Below, piece by piece: positions 12,589 through 25,105 of a stretch of DNA of 64,000 nt (the stretch's first letter is position 1; each line of letters opens with the position of its first letter). The stretch covers positions 496,001-560,000 of the forward strand of contig CBFDEM010000044.1 in NCBI GenBank assembly GCA_965603825.1. Reading direction: 5' to 3'. The DNA is from Blepharisma stoltei ATCC 30299. Taxonomy: Eukaryota; Protista; Ciliophora. A program made the position numbers and the translations under genes. Below the pieces are notes generated by a model. The model was not told the origin of the DNA, did no database searches, and was given only the letters and a program-made list of their open reading frames with translations.

Positions 12589-14058
12589 ATGCGTCAAAGC
12601 ATCCAATACAAGCAAACAATTGAGTCGTTAAAGACTGAAACGAAAAAGCTAAGAGAGCAGCTATGCTTAGATACACTCCAGCAGTCCCATCTCGGTGTTG
12701 AATCTGAGTTGGCCAGACTTCAAGAGCAAGGCGATGCTTTTGCTTATAAAATTGAGCTTGAGAAGCAAAAAATAGCAGACTTAGAGAATCAAATCACAAT
12801 TATGACAGAAAAGCTTAAAGCCCAAAGAGAGTCCGTAGGAGGTTCTCAAGGCGCAAAAGAACTAAATGAAGGGGTGGCTCGAAAAATCAAAGGCTTAGAA
12901 AATAAACTTGACAAGTCTCTTCAAAAATACAATGAAAGTATCGCTCACAATAAGCAGCTTAGGGAGCAAATTGATAAGCTCAGAAGAGAAAGGGTTGTTT
13001 ATGACAATATTTATAAGAAACTTGAAGAAGAGCTGCAGTCAAAAAAAGAGGAAATGAAAATGGTAATAAAGAAAAGTAATAAAGCGCAGAAAAAAAGAGA
13101 CGAAATTAAAGAGAAATTTCAAAAATTAAAAGAAGAAGCAGAAAACGAGCAGGCTGTGTTCGACAACGAATGAAAAGAGCTAGGGAATTTGATTGAAAAG
13201 GACAAAAAAATGAAAGAGTTCTTGACAAATGAAGAATTAGTCCCATCAGAAACAGTCGATGTCAAAAATCTGAACAAAAAAGTTGCTAAAAGTGCATGGA
13301 ATATTGCAAAAGAAAAATCCAGCATCAAAATGTACCTAGAAAAGGTTGAAATGTATGAAGAAGCATTCAAGAAGATTGAAGATGCAACTGGGATATCAGA
13401 TATCGATGAGCTGGTTAGGACTTTTGTCGATGCTGAAATGCAGAACTACAGCTTGTTTAACCATGTAAATGATCTCAGCAATGAAATGGAAAAGCTTGAA
13501 CAGCAAATTAATGATATAAAATTTGAAATCGATAAATATAAGAATCAAGGCTCTTCTAATGAAAATCAAAGGAAAAAACAAATGCGAGAGCTCGAACAAA
13601 GGCTGGAAAAAACAGAAGAAAAAGCTGGCGAATATGAGAAAAAATGTGAAGGCAACCAGCTGCTTTTAGACTCCCTCAAAGAAGGAATTGAAACCCTCTT
13701 TGTAAGAATTGGCTGTACTTCAGAAGGAGAAACAGAGTCCAAAACTCCAATTGGTATAAACGATTCAAATATATTGTACTATATGGGACTTATTGAAGAA
13801 AAAACCAACGAAATCATCCACATGTACACTAATTCCCAGCAGTCAGCCAATCTCTATAATATCCAATTTACCAACACTTCAGCTCCACCACCATTACTCC
13901 CTATTGGTAAAAAAATGGATATTGAGCTTCCATCTGTCCCTGATAGAGAACAGCCTGACGAAGATGAAGCTTCAGCTCCTCTGAGTGTGAAAGAAATGAA
14001 ATTCAGGTCTCTGAAGAAATATGAAGAAGAAAAAGATAAGAAGAAAAAAAAGCAATAA
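12589..14058 (+). CDS. Outer dynein arm docking complex subunit (ODAD1/CCDC114/CCDC63 family)
   Basis: LENKLDK...NKQLREQIDKLRRER, YEEAFKKI...TGISDIDELV and NYSLFNHVNDL motifs. Joined through TGA 13171-13173 (FDNE-W-KELG). Confidence 0.85.
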
Positions 14059-14105
14059 CTTGATTGTTTAATTTTCATATGTTTAAATGAGAAATAATTA
14101 AGTAT

Positions 14106-15518
14106 ATGCAACCTAGGCTACATAGCACTCGGTCAAGTCCTAGGATTACGACTGGAAATGTGAAGACACCTAAGTATTTCGCGAACGTAATTGCTACTGA
14201 CCTAAAACAGGCATCTCCAAGGCTTTCTTATGACTTCCCAACTGATTATCCACATACTTCTATAACTGATTCCTCTAAAGATTCATTGGTAAAAAAGCCA
14301 TTGTCTCGTACACCTAAAGCTTACTCGAACCCCTTTTCTTTGACTTCTCAGACGCCACGAACGTCAAAATCAATCAGAGACTCGATCTCAAATGGAGCAA
14401 CCCCTAGAAATGTGTCGACAAAATCTTTAACACCTCGAGGGTCCTCATTGAATCCTAAGAGCTCTGAAGCTCAGCCTAAGCAAACAATTTTCCACACCCC
14501 TTCCTCCAAAAGTTTGTTTCAAAAATCTTCCAGAACTTTTAGCGCTACTAGCTCCAAGAAAAAAATATCCCAATCAATCTCCACCTCAAGTTTATCACAA
14601 ACAGGATCAAATGATCCTTATCGTGGAAGTCCAAAAACAGCTGATAATAAAAATGTGTTGGCCCAAATGATAACACAAGTAAAAACCTCTGAAACCCCTA
14701 AAGGCAGTGCTGAATTGTCACCTGAAGACCTCCAAAAAAGAGCAGACGCTATATATAAAGAGCATTTATTCCAAACCTTTCAAGCCTTGAAGTTTGTCAG
14801 AACGATGCCTCCTGTTGACCAAAATCAACTGCAACAAAAACGAATTAATCTTCCAAAAAGAGGAGCATATTTGAATAAGAAAACTTTAATTTTTGATTTA
14901 GATGAAACTTTGGTCCATTGCTGTGAAGATTTGACGACTTCAAATCCTGATGTCATTTTGCCGATCACCTTTCCAAATGGCGAAGTTATCAATGTAATTT
15001 GTATATAGGCTGGAGTTAATATAAGACCATTTGCAAGAGAGGTCTTGGTAGAAGCAAATAAGGACTTTGAAGTTATTGTGTTTACTGCAAGCCATCAGTG
15101 CTATGCAGATGTGGTTTTGGATTATTTGGATCCGACTCGTGAACTAATTCATCATAGACTTTATAGAGATAACTGTATTATGTCTCAAGGAATTTATATA
15201 AAAGATTTGAGAGTACTGGCCAATAGAAGATTGCAGGATATTGTGATTATTGATAATGCTGCGTATAGTTTTGGATATCAAATAGATAATGGAATCCCAA
15301 TAATTTCCTGACATGATGATCGCTATGACAAAGAACTTTTTAATCTTTCAGATTATATAAAAGTTCTGGCAAAAGTGCCAGATATTCGTGAAGTTAATAG
15401 AAAAACTTTCAGATTAAGTTCATTTTATGAAGATTATATTGAACAATTTTTACAAGGAGATGAAAACAAGCCTAAAACGGCATCAAGAAAGATTAAGAGA
15501 AAGCCAAAGTTGAACTAA
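14106..15518 (+). CDS. FCP/SCP (NIF) HAD phosphatase, CTDSPL2-like (exons 14106-14993, 15009-15518)
   Basis: DLDETLVH, VNIRP, VFTAS, IKDLR and IIDN motifs, plus NGIPIIS-W(TGA 15309)-HDD. One 15-nt intron. Confidence 0.9.
14994..15008 (+). other. 15-nt spliceosomal intron
   Basis: gtaatttgtatatag, phase 0. Removal gives VIN|AGVNIRP. Confidence 0.9.
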
Positions 15519-15614
15519 ACAGATCACAGAGCCTTGCAAAATTTTGTAATAAAGATAAGGTTAAATTATATCTTTGATCCTTTTAAGCTAAAGTTTTAAT
15601 AATTTTATAAAGAT

Positions 15615-16907
15615 ATGAGTGATGATGTTATGCAAATTGATCGAGAAGAAGAAAATGAGTTCGCAGAAAAACTCAGAGCAGCAGGCCCACTAAATTTAGC
15701 AGTTGAACACAATATTTTCCTTCCAGGAATGGAAGCTACTTATGTCAAAATCTTAGTTGATGAGATTCCTCAAGGCCCGCCACAAATAATCCCAAAGCTT
15801 TTTAGAAGTATTCGCTGTGGCCGAGAAGACTTTAAAGAAGGAAGGAAAATCTGAGACCTTTCCTTTTTGAACTCCTCCTTATTTCCAGTTAGAAAAGTAG
15901 AGCCTCCTAACGATTTGTTTGCAACATGTGGGGGACCTTTTATTCACGTATATAGACTAAGTAGGCCCTTAGCTGATACTTTCGAAACCCTTCATATCTA
16001 TGTGAATACAATTCAAGACGACGATTTATACACCTTATCATGAGGATTGCTAAATGATGGCGAACCAATCCTTGCATGTGCTGGGAAACAAGGGATTATT
16101 TTATTAATAAATGTTTACACATATTCTTTAGTAGGCCACCATCTAGTCGGACACAAGAATGCAATCCATCAATTGAAGTTTGCCCCTGGAAATAGTGCAT
16201 TTTTATTGAGTGCCAGTGAAGATTTGAGCATTCGGCTTTGGAATATTTTGACGTTTACTCAAGTTGCAATATTTGCTGGGGACTTAGGGCATAAACATGG
16301 AGTTCTAACAATCGATTGGCATAGCACGGAAAATATTTTTGCGTCTGGAGGAAGGGATGGAGCTGTCAAAATATGAAAAATTACTGATGAACTTAAAAAT
16401 GCAATGGATGAATCAATGACTTGAAACCAAAATTTTATGAATAATGGCGCAAATATTCCATGTGCAAGGACTCCTTTTAGAACAAAAATGATTTTTGAGC
16501 CTGAATTTTCAACTAATCGTGTCCATAAAAGCTATGTTGATTGTGTTAAATTTTATGGGAATTTGATTTACTCAAAAGGACAAGAAGGCTGCATTGTTGT
16601 ATGAAAACCGCATCCTGAAAGAAACCCTGACTCAGTGACTGTGCTATTCACTTTGAATTTTCCTAGAAATTCAGAAATTGGGCTTAGATTTACTATTGAT
16701 TATGAGCAAGATTTGCTTGTGCTTGGAGGAACAGAGTCGAATTGCTATTTATTTGATTTGACATGAGAGTCAACGGAATTTAGGGAAATTAAAAACGCGC
16801 TACACACATTTAGAAGTCCTGTTCGGAGTGCAGGATTTACAGCGGACTCTAGCAAGATGGTTTACATAACTGATGACTGTTTCGTGCACCTTCTACAAAA
16901 AATATAG
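15615..16907 (+). CDS. EED: PRC2 WD40 subunit EED/ESC/FIE
   Basis: FATCGG, LYTLSW, LACAG..GII, GHKNAI..LKF, LLSASEDLSIRLWN, VAIFAG..GH..GVL..DW and VHKSYVDCV.F.G.LI.SK motifs. Six TGA-Trp codons (15852, 16041, 16374, 16422, 16602, 16764). Ends TAG 16905-16907. Confidence 0.88.
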
Positions 16908-17135
16908 GTTATATGTCATTAATATTAGATTAAAAATACTTTTATTATCAGCAATATTTAAAATATATTATCTCTTAATTTCTTATTTCAGCTTAAAATT
17001 TTTACTATTCATTCCCTTCATCCATTTATAATTCTTATAGGAAAATTAACTCTTACAACAATTTTAATAACTCTCCTAGTCAATCATATCAAAAATTAAG
17101 AAAATTACATTTTAATCACATTTATTTCTCAAAAT

Positions 17136-18470
17136 ATGAATCTTGAGCCAGTTTATTCCTCTTCTTCTTATTTTACCAACAAAGAAACAATCGTTGAAAC
17201 TCTTCAAAAAGATGCTGAATATTATACAAGGAAGCTTGAGCACAGTCGAAAACAAGCTGATATACTAAATCAAGAACTAGAAGAAACAAAATCTAAGATT
17301 TTAGCCCACCGGTCAAGTCGCCTTTCTTTTAGCGAATCCAAAGCCAAAATTCATTCGCTTATAGCTAAGGCAGCTTGGCTTGAAGACAAGCTTGCTTTAG
17401 AGAAAAGTAAACTAAATAAAAGTTTTCTTGAAAACAAGCAACTTAAAGAGAAAATTGAATTCTTGAGAAGAGAAAGGCAACTTCATCAAAAAGTTTCTAC
17501 AAGTTCAAGCCAAGATCTTAGAAAAATGCGATCGTTGACTGATAGAATTAAAAACAAAAATTTCCACTATAAATCTGAGACTGAAAACGTTATTGAAAAA
17601 ATTGAACTAGCAAAAGCAAAGTTTGCGAGGTCTAAAACGAATTTGAGATCTCAGATTTTTAATCTCGAAAACAATTTGAATAAATCATTTGACTCATCTC
17701 CTGAAGTAGCAGACGTGAAAAGGCCAAAAACTCCTATGGAAATGTATAATTTAAATAAATATTTTACTGAAAAATTTGGAGAAGTAGGCAAGGGGAAGTA
17801 TGCTGAGATCGATAAATTTAGAAAAAACCGAAAAACATTGATTTCTGCGTTTAATGAAATGCGAGGACATGATTTAACTATACCTGAAGTGGTCAAAGCA
17901 TATTTAAGCTATATAAATCAATACAATTCATTATGCAAAACACTTGGAGAACTGTCAGAATCAGTTGACAAAGTAACCAGTGAGATAAAAAATAACAGAG
18001 ACGAAATTTCTGCATATAAATCAAATGCGATTGGAGAAAGAGCCAAAGATAAATTAAAATATGAAGCTCTCAAAGTAAAAATTTCTAAAATTCAAGAAGA
18101 ATTAAATAGAAAAAATACTGCCACAGATAAAATCAGCAACCAACTAGCAATAATTTCAATTCCTTTGCGATTGATTCGAAGTTGATCTCACAATTTAAAA
18201 GGGAAAATTCCTCAAACTAATGATTTAAATGACACTGAAGTGATATTTCACTCAGCAAAAGAAGCAGATGAGTTTGTTGATATTTTATCATTTCTTAAAT
18301 TTATTAAGCCAAAACCAGAAAATCAAACAATGCCTAAAACTCAAGTAAAGAGAAAAACTCTCAAATTTGGAGAAGATATTGAGGGTGGTAATAATGCAGA
18401 AGACGATAAACCATTTTCTGTGGATAGGTTTCGAGCTGTTGCTAAAGAATTTGCTTTTAAGGCTAATTAA
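17136..18470 (+). CDS. Divergent ODA-DC (ODAD1-like) coiled-coil protein
   Basis: Joined through TGA 18183-18185. LEDKL...NKQLKEKIEFLRRER matches the 12589 gene. Confidence 0.7.
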
Positions 18471-18490
18471 AATTATTTTGTTAAATAAAA

Positions 18491-19498
18491 TTAACTCCCA
18501 AATGAACTGTATCTCACCAGTGGTTTTGCATTCGACTTGAGTTTTTCATAATTAAACCCTTGCTTGTGTCTATACTTGGTAGAGACTGGAGTTAATTGCG
18601 AATAGCTTGGAGTTAAAATCGGCTCACTAATGTGTTTTTCTTCATTATCAATTTTTTTCATCTTAATTTGAGGAGGGTTCGGAGGTGGAACTCTAACATT
18701 TGTGCTTTGCTTTTTATCCATCGAATAAGGCTTTATTGCTATTTTGGGTTCTTTTATTTCATTTTCAGATGGCGATGATTTTTTCTGACAACTATAAACA
18801 CTTAGAGATAGAGTTATTGCTTTTTGTGCTAGATCTTCCATGGAAGATATTGAATTATGTGAATTGTGTGCAGATATTTTTGGAGATAAAATAGGTTTAA
18901 ATGTGCATTCACTCATTTGCTCTATTTCTTTGCTTTTCCTTTCAGTTTCAATTCTTTCATCTTTCTTTTGATTCCAATAGCAATTTCTTTCTATTAACGA
19001 CATTTTACTGACGTCAACCCTTTCCTCTTCTTTTTCTGGCATCAGCAACTTGCTTCTTGATTTTAAGCTTTCTTTTAAAGATTCATAAGGAATTTTTAGC
19101 TCAGTTCCAAGACTTTTATGCTCTTTAAAGCTGTCATCCTTGTCAATAATTCCGTTAGCAAGCTTTTCAGCCATTTCTTTCTCTTTCTGCCTTCTCTTTG
19201 CTTCTATTAAGATCTCTTTTGATTTTGGGTTAATTTTTGGGGTTCCTGTATTTACCCTTCTTTCTTCTGCTACTTTTAATATTTTTAAAGTGTTTATCCT
19301 TGCTTTAGACCTTTCATCTTTGATTCTTAGGACTTCTTCAATTTTTGTTGGTATATCAGTCATCGAGTTAGATTTTCTTAGCTTTAAAGGCTTGCTATTA
19401 AAAGATTGAGAAGATTGGCTTGGTGAAAATATTTTATGATTATCAAATATCCTAGGAGATTGTTCTTTATCAGGCTTTTTGTATTTGCTATATGACAT
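18491..19498 (-). CDS. Hypothetical K/E/S-rich protein with TPKIN and CTFKP motifs (probably cytoskeletal)
   Basis: Intact 335-aa ORF containing GTPKINPKS and ECTFKPIL. Confidence 0.7.
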   Translation of the reverse strand: MSYSKYKKPDKEQSPRIFDNHKIFSPSQSSQSFNSKPLKLRKSNSMTDIPTKIEEVLRIKDERSKARINTLKILKVAEERRVNTGTPKINPKSKEILIEAKRRQKEKEMAEKLANGIIDKDDSFKEHKSLGTELKIPYESLKESLKSRSKLLMPEKEEERVDVSKMSLIERNCYWNQKKDERIETERKSKEIEQMSECTFKPILSPKISAHNSHNSISSMEDLAQKAITLSLSVYSCQKKSSPSENEIKEPKIAIKPYSMDKKQSTNVRVPPPNPPQIKMKKIDNEEKHISEPILTPSYSQLTPVSTKYRHKQGFNYEKLKSNAKPLVRYSSFGS

Positions 19499-19591
19499 TT
19501 TTATTAAATATAATTAAAAGGTTCTTATTATTTGATGTTATTACAGCAACGGATAATGTCTAATGGCTTGATGCACAAATTTATATTACAA

Positions 19592-22492
19592 TTAATTTAC
19601 CTCTGTCTTAATTCGTTTTTCTACACCTTCGTCACTTTCCTCATCCTCCAACTTTCTTTTATTGTCACCTATTTTTGCTTCTTTAAAATCTAATTCTTCT
19701 TCAACCACCTCTTCATTCCAATCAGGCAAATTCAGCTTAATTAAATCCACAACGTGGTTTGTGCAACTCAAAAATGAATCTTTAAATTCTAAAGCATTAG
19801 CATCGTCTCCATTTTCAAATGATTCACATTTATTGCTTAATGTAAAAACCTCTTTTAAATATTCCTTAGAAAAACTAGAAGTGATATTTTTTGCGTCAAT
19901 GATTACAGATGAAAGCTTCTCTTTTGCAGTTTGTCTTTGGTATATCTTTTCTTCAATAGTTCCTGAGCAGAATAATCTATAAATGTGAACAGGCTTTTTT
20001 TGGCCATCCCTTCATATGCGTCCCATAGCTTGCTTATCATTACTTGGATTCCAGTCAGGATCAAACAATATTAATCTATTAGCGCCAATCAAATTAAGCC
20101 CGCATCCTCCTGCTTTGCAGCTAAGAAGAAAGATAAGAATATTTGATTTTTCTGAATTAAACTCTTTAACTAAATCAAGTCTCTTTTTCACATTTGTAGC
20201 TCCATCAAGTCTAAGATATGTATATTCTCTCCTTTCACATAAAGATTGAACCACATCAAGTGTCTTGGAAAAATTTGAAACAACAACAATCTTATCATTT
20301 GCCTCAGCAGAAAGTTTTGCAATGGTGTCGAAAAACATCATTTTGCTAGAAAATAATGCTCTTTCTCCTTCACTTCTATAATCTATCGGAAATATATTCA
20401 TTGCTGTATGCCACGCTTCTAATAGTTCAGGAGATTTTGGAGGATGAAAATAAAGCAAATCAGGATGATTCACAATTTTTCTTAAAGAAGTAATAAGTGA
20501 TAGTGCATTTCCTGAGTTTCCTGTTTCCAAAGTTGTGTATGCAAGTTTTGATGTAAGATATGCTAAATACACTTTTTGCTGCAATGCAGTGGCCTTACAG
20601 AATACTAAATATTCATTTCTAGGCGGTAGGAGTGATTCTAACAAAGACCCGGTTCTTCTTAAAATAAATTTTGATGTAACTCGGCATAGCTCTGATGATC
20701 TACCCCACGCTAACTCTTTAATAAACTCAGAGGCTCCAGGGTCTTGACCTTTCAATATTGGTTCGGTAAATAATCTATTAAAAGCTTGCATAGTTCCAAG
20801 TATCCCAGGGTTTACGAACGAGACACAAGCATAAAATTCTGATAATGAATTTTGTAGAGGTGTTCCTGTCAAAAGAATTCTTTTTTTGCAATCTAAATCA
20901 TGTATCGCCTTTGTAGTTTTAATTTGAAGGTTTTTCAACCTATGTCCTTCATCACATACAATAATATCACAAGCTTTATTCAACCTTGCAGCATGGTTTC
21001 TGAAGGATTCATAAGAAATAACTAATAATGCAGCCTGGCCTTTTTCGAATACTTTTAAGGAGTTTTCATTTTCATGCTTAGTCCCTGCACAGACTACTGG
21101 GCAAAGCTTAAGCGGACCTAGTCATTTATAAATTTCATCTCTTCAGTTATTAAGCAAGCTTGAAGGAGCAACTATTATACCTTTATTAGCGATTTTTTTA
21201 TATGGGCTGTCTTTTCTAAGCACTGTATAAAGAAGAGCAATTGATTGAAGAGTTTTACCAAGCCCCATAGAGTCTGCAAGAATACAGCCAAAATAACCGC
21301 TTTCTCTTTTTCCTGTAATGCAATCATACATAAACTGAATACCTTCTTTTTGGTGCTGTCTTAAATGCTGTGCAAGAAATTTCTCAACATAAACGTTATT
21401 TTCAGCGTCTAATATTAATGCCCCTTCAGGGATTGTAAATTCTTTTCGTTCTTCATTTTTAATTGCGTGATAATTTGGATTTACAGGAGGAGGCTTATTA
21501 AAAAAGCACCTTCCTGATGCAAAATCTTCATATGTAATTTGATTTTGTACCTCTACTTCATAGTTTCCTAGAGTGATGACTTGGCTATCTCTTAGAGCTC
21601 GGCATTTACTGAGATTTGGCTTTTCTATAATTTTTTTCCCTTCTGAATCCTGAAGAAAAAAGCATTTCATAGAAAGAATAAGAATTCCGTCTTCATATGA
21701 TTTTTTCTTTTTTTTGCAAGCTCGTGTGAACATAACAGAATAGTAAGTATCAGTGATTTGGGACTGCTGAAGATCAGTTTTAGAGGTGGGAGGGTTTAAG
21801 CCAAGCTTTAGTTGGTGGTATTTTTTGGGCAAAATTGCTTTGTTTTCTAAGGGCTGAACGGGTGCTTTAGTTTCACAAGCTGGAAGATTTGGCTCGAGAG
21901 AGTTGAAGGGGTTATATAAATCTCATAATTTGGATTGATTCAAATCAATTTCAGTAAAAGGCTTTACATTTTCGTCTTTTTTTAAAATAATAGACTCTGT
22001 TGAATCAAAATTTTTATCTGTGCTCTGCATCTTTTGAAAGCTTGTATTAAATTGGGAGTTTTCCTTTGATTCGATTACAATAATTTCTTTGCTTTCGATC
22101 TTATTTAACAAATCTGGCTCTTTAAATTCTTTCTCGCTTTGTGCAGGTTTAATTATTGGCTGATTATTTAAAGAAGTTCTAGATGAAGCAATCTCAATGA
22201 TTTCAATATCTTTTTTTTGATTATTTCTTCAGTTTATTTTTGTATGTTTCTTAATTTTTTCATTAAGGCTGGGTTCTTCAATTTCTTTTTCATTGTTATA
22301 ACATTCATCCTTTCTTTTAAATTCCTTAGATTTTTCAGTGTCAATTAGAGATCTTGATAGCAAGCTGTTTGTGTTTATAATTGATCTCTTCACTCCAATT
22401 GTTTTATGCTCAGTTTTTTCTTGAGAAGGGTTATAGTTCGTTAATGGTGATACGAACTTTTTGCGGAGGATGGGATTTGAGTTTAATTCCAT
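19592..22492 (-). CDS. RAD54/RAD54B-like SNF2 DNA translocase with DUF2439-like N-terminal segment
   Basis: LRQHQKEG, GCILADSMGLGKT, DEGHRLKN, LTGTPLQN, AGGCGLNLIGANRL and QAMGRI-W-RDGQKK motifs. TGA-Trp at 22229, 21923, 21143, 21122 and 20012. Ends TAA 19592-19594. Confidence 0.92.
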
Positions 22493-22629
22493 TTATAAGT
22501 CCCGCGCAAAAATTCTCATTTTTTATTTGTTGTTCATTTGACATGAAAAATCAGAAAATCACAAAAGTTCTGCTATTATGTAAACAATTGTTTTATTAAA
22601 TTTTTAATTTTATGCTAATTTTTTTATTA

Positions 22630-22902
22630 TTAAAGCATTGCGCAGTGATCCATAGAACACAAATCTCTTGAGTCTTTAATCTGCTTTTCGCATGACCTTC
22701 AATCATCATTTGGGATATGTTTGTAGTTTTCTGGCCTTATTCAGTCGAATTGCATTTCGTTTAAGTCTTCGGGATCATAATCGTAGTTTTTATCGAGCTG
22801 CCTTCTAAATTGTTTGAAACTTTCTTGCACTGAAATATCGTAACTGTCGCTTTCTAAACTGTTTTCTTCCTCTTGTTGCTGCTTAAGGTATCGATTTGAC
22901 AT
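22630..22902 (-). CDS. 90-aa acidic protein ending in a CaaX box (CAML); absent from the ORF track
   Basis: ATG 22902, TGA-Trp at 22741-22743 and 22699-22701, TAA at 22630-22632. Confidence 0.65.
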
Positions 22903-23186
22903 ATTTCCTTAATATCTTATTCTGATCCAATTGATAAAATTTTATAATATAGCATCTTAATAAAGAAAACCTCATAACAAGAGCCATAGCTAGATGCAAA
23001 TTAATTTTTTTACTTATATTAAATATTCACCTTTTTAGCTAGATATTTTTCCAATTTTGAGGATTGAATATTCTAGAATAATTTGTAATTTTGAAACATT
23101 TTCATATTTATTGATTTTCAAGTACTAAAGTTTTATTGATTTACCATTTACAGATTTCATTATATTATTTAGTTTTTGAGTTTCTC

Positions 23187-24149
23187 TTATCTTTTGAATT
23201 TTTCTCCATTTCCATATCTTCTTTCTTCTGCATTATCTTGACGATTGCTAGAAGGAGGAGGTCCAGGCGGTAAATTTTTAACATTTAGATCTGTGTCTCT
23301 TGCTAATTTCTGGATTAGCTGCATCTTTTGTCCTTGAGAACGAAGATAAGTCCCATCTTCTTCATGATCTCCCATTCTTTGTGCTTCCCTAATGCTTGCC
23401 TTGGTGTCTGCCATTCCTACTTTAATTCTATGTCCTTTAATTTCAGCTCCATCCATTTTCGTGACAGCTTCTCTTGCATCTCTGCTTTTTTTATATTGTA
23501 TATAGCCTACACCTCTATTAACTTCCACATGCTCTATCTCTCCAAAAGGTGAAAACAGCTGTCTCAGTTCTCTTGCTCCAATATTTGCTAAAGTATCTTT
23601 CAATCCTGCGACAAATATTTTATTCGGACCTTCTTGGGGCATTGAAAGCTGCTGTCCAGCTGCTTTTGCCATTTTTGCAGCTGCTGCAGCTCTATTTTTC
23701 TCAGCTTGAGAAGGCTGAACACTAATAGCTTGCCCATTAATCATTTGCCCTGATAGTGCCATACTTTTTAAAACGGAATCAGGAGAATAAAATTCCACAT
23801 AGGCGACCCCTTTGCTTTTCCCAGTTTTTTGGTCTCTAATAATCCTCACATCCCTGACTTTTCCAACTCCTGCAGATGAGAAAAAATTATAGACATCCCA
23901 CTCAACAGCCTTAATATGAAGCTTCACAACTAAAACAGTGCAGTCGTCTCTTTGGGCTTCTTCGGCTTGTTTTTTTGCAACTTCAAGACGCTTTTCTAAG
24001 TCATCAACTTCGATTCGTCGTGGAGATATTTTCTTTACTTGAAGCTGTGGAGGCGTTCTGGAACGGTGACGTCTAGATCTGCCTTTTTTGACATATTCTT
24101 CGAACTCTTCGATATCCATTTCATCGAGGTTAGGAAAAGATTCTGCCAT
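23187..24149 (-). CDS. RBM39/RBM23-like splicing factor (two RRMs, no C-terminal UHM)
   Basis: GKVRDVRII.D..TGKSKGVAYVEF, VQPSQAEKNRAA, a second RRM and the LIQKLAR linker. Confidence 0.88.
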   Translation of the reverse strand: MAESFPNLDEMDIEEFEEYVKKGRSRRHRSRTPPQLQVKKISPRRIEVDDLEKRLEVAKKQAEEAQRDDCTVLVVKLHIKAVEWDVYNFFSSAGVGKVRDVRIIRDQKTGKSKGVAYVEFYSPDSVLKSMALSGQMINGQAISVQPSQAEKNRAAAAAKMAKAAGQQLSMPQEGPNKIFVAGLKDTLANIGARELRQLFSPFGEIEHVEVNRGVGYIQYKKSRDAREAVTKMDGAEIKGHRIKVGMADTKASIREAQRMGDHEEDGTYLRSQGQKMQLIQKLARDTDLNVKNLPPGPPPSSNRQDNAEERRYGNGEKFKR

Positions 24150-24190
24150 TATAAATTTATTATAATAAATAGAAGAATAATTTGAGTTAG

Positions 24191-25105
24191 TTAGGATTGC
24201 TGAATTTCGGATTCACATTGGTAAAATTTATAGCCAGTAATTGCGAGAGGAGAATCGATTTTTTTGGATGCCTCATGTAGGACTTGTTTGACTGATTTTT
24301 CGCCTGGTTCTTCTGAAATCATGAAGGTTTGCTCAAATAGCGTCACTTGGTCTAAGGATTTTTCCAGTTTGCCTTTGACGATTTCATCATAAATATTTTT
24401 TGGTTTAGCTTTGGTTTTTTCATCAATTTGCTCCTCTACTGCCATTCTTTCTTTCTCTCTGAATTCTATAGGTATTTGATTTTTAAATAAAAATAGCGGC
24501 TTTGCAGCAACTACTTGCATGCACAAAGAATTTGCTAATTTTGAAATTCATTCTTTATCTTCTTCTGCTAAAGGTTTTTCAGCTTGAAGTTTCAGCATGC
24601 ATCCTGATTGTGAAAGTAAAGAGTTGACTGAATTATGAAGGTACAGCCCAACTGCACTTTTTCCGCATTGCTCCATCATTTCACCTCTTCTTACAAGGAC
24701 ATTTTCTCCAAGCTTGGAAATTGATTCTAATTTGGCTTCTTCAAGAGTCTGGTTAAAGCCTTCTAAATGTAATGAAGAAATTTGTGAAAAAGGTAATTGA
24801 GATTTTGACCAAGACATTAGAGTATCAGTTGTGAACTTTTGAAACATATCAGTTCGTGCAACAAAATCGGTTTCACAGAGGACTTCCAGGAGATAGCCAG
24901 CATTTGGAGTTATTAGACCTCCCACTAAGCCAGCACTGACCGATTTGCCTAGTTTTTTGTGGGCTTGAGAAATTCCTTTTACTCGTAGCCACTCTTGGGC
25001 TTTTGTTAAGTCTCCAGCTGATTCTTCCAAAGCTTGCTTGCAATTAATAATTGGAGAGCCTGTTAAATTTCTGAGCTGTTTGATAAGATTCGCAGTCACA
25101 CTCAT
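24191..25105 (-). CDS. TSFM: Mitochondrial-type elongation factor Ts
   Basis: IKQLRNLTG...CKQAL...GDL..A.EWLR, EVLCETDFVART and KLGEN..VRR motifs. Joined through TGA 24548-24550. Confidence 0.9.
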
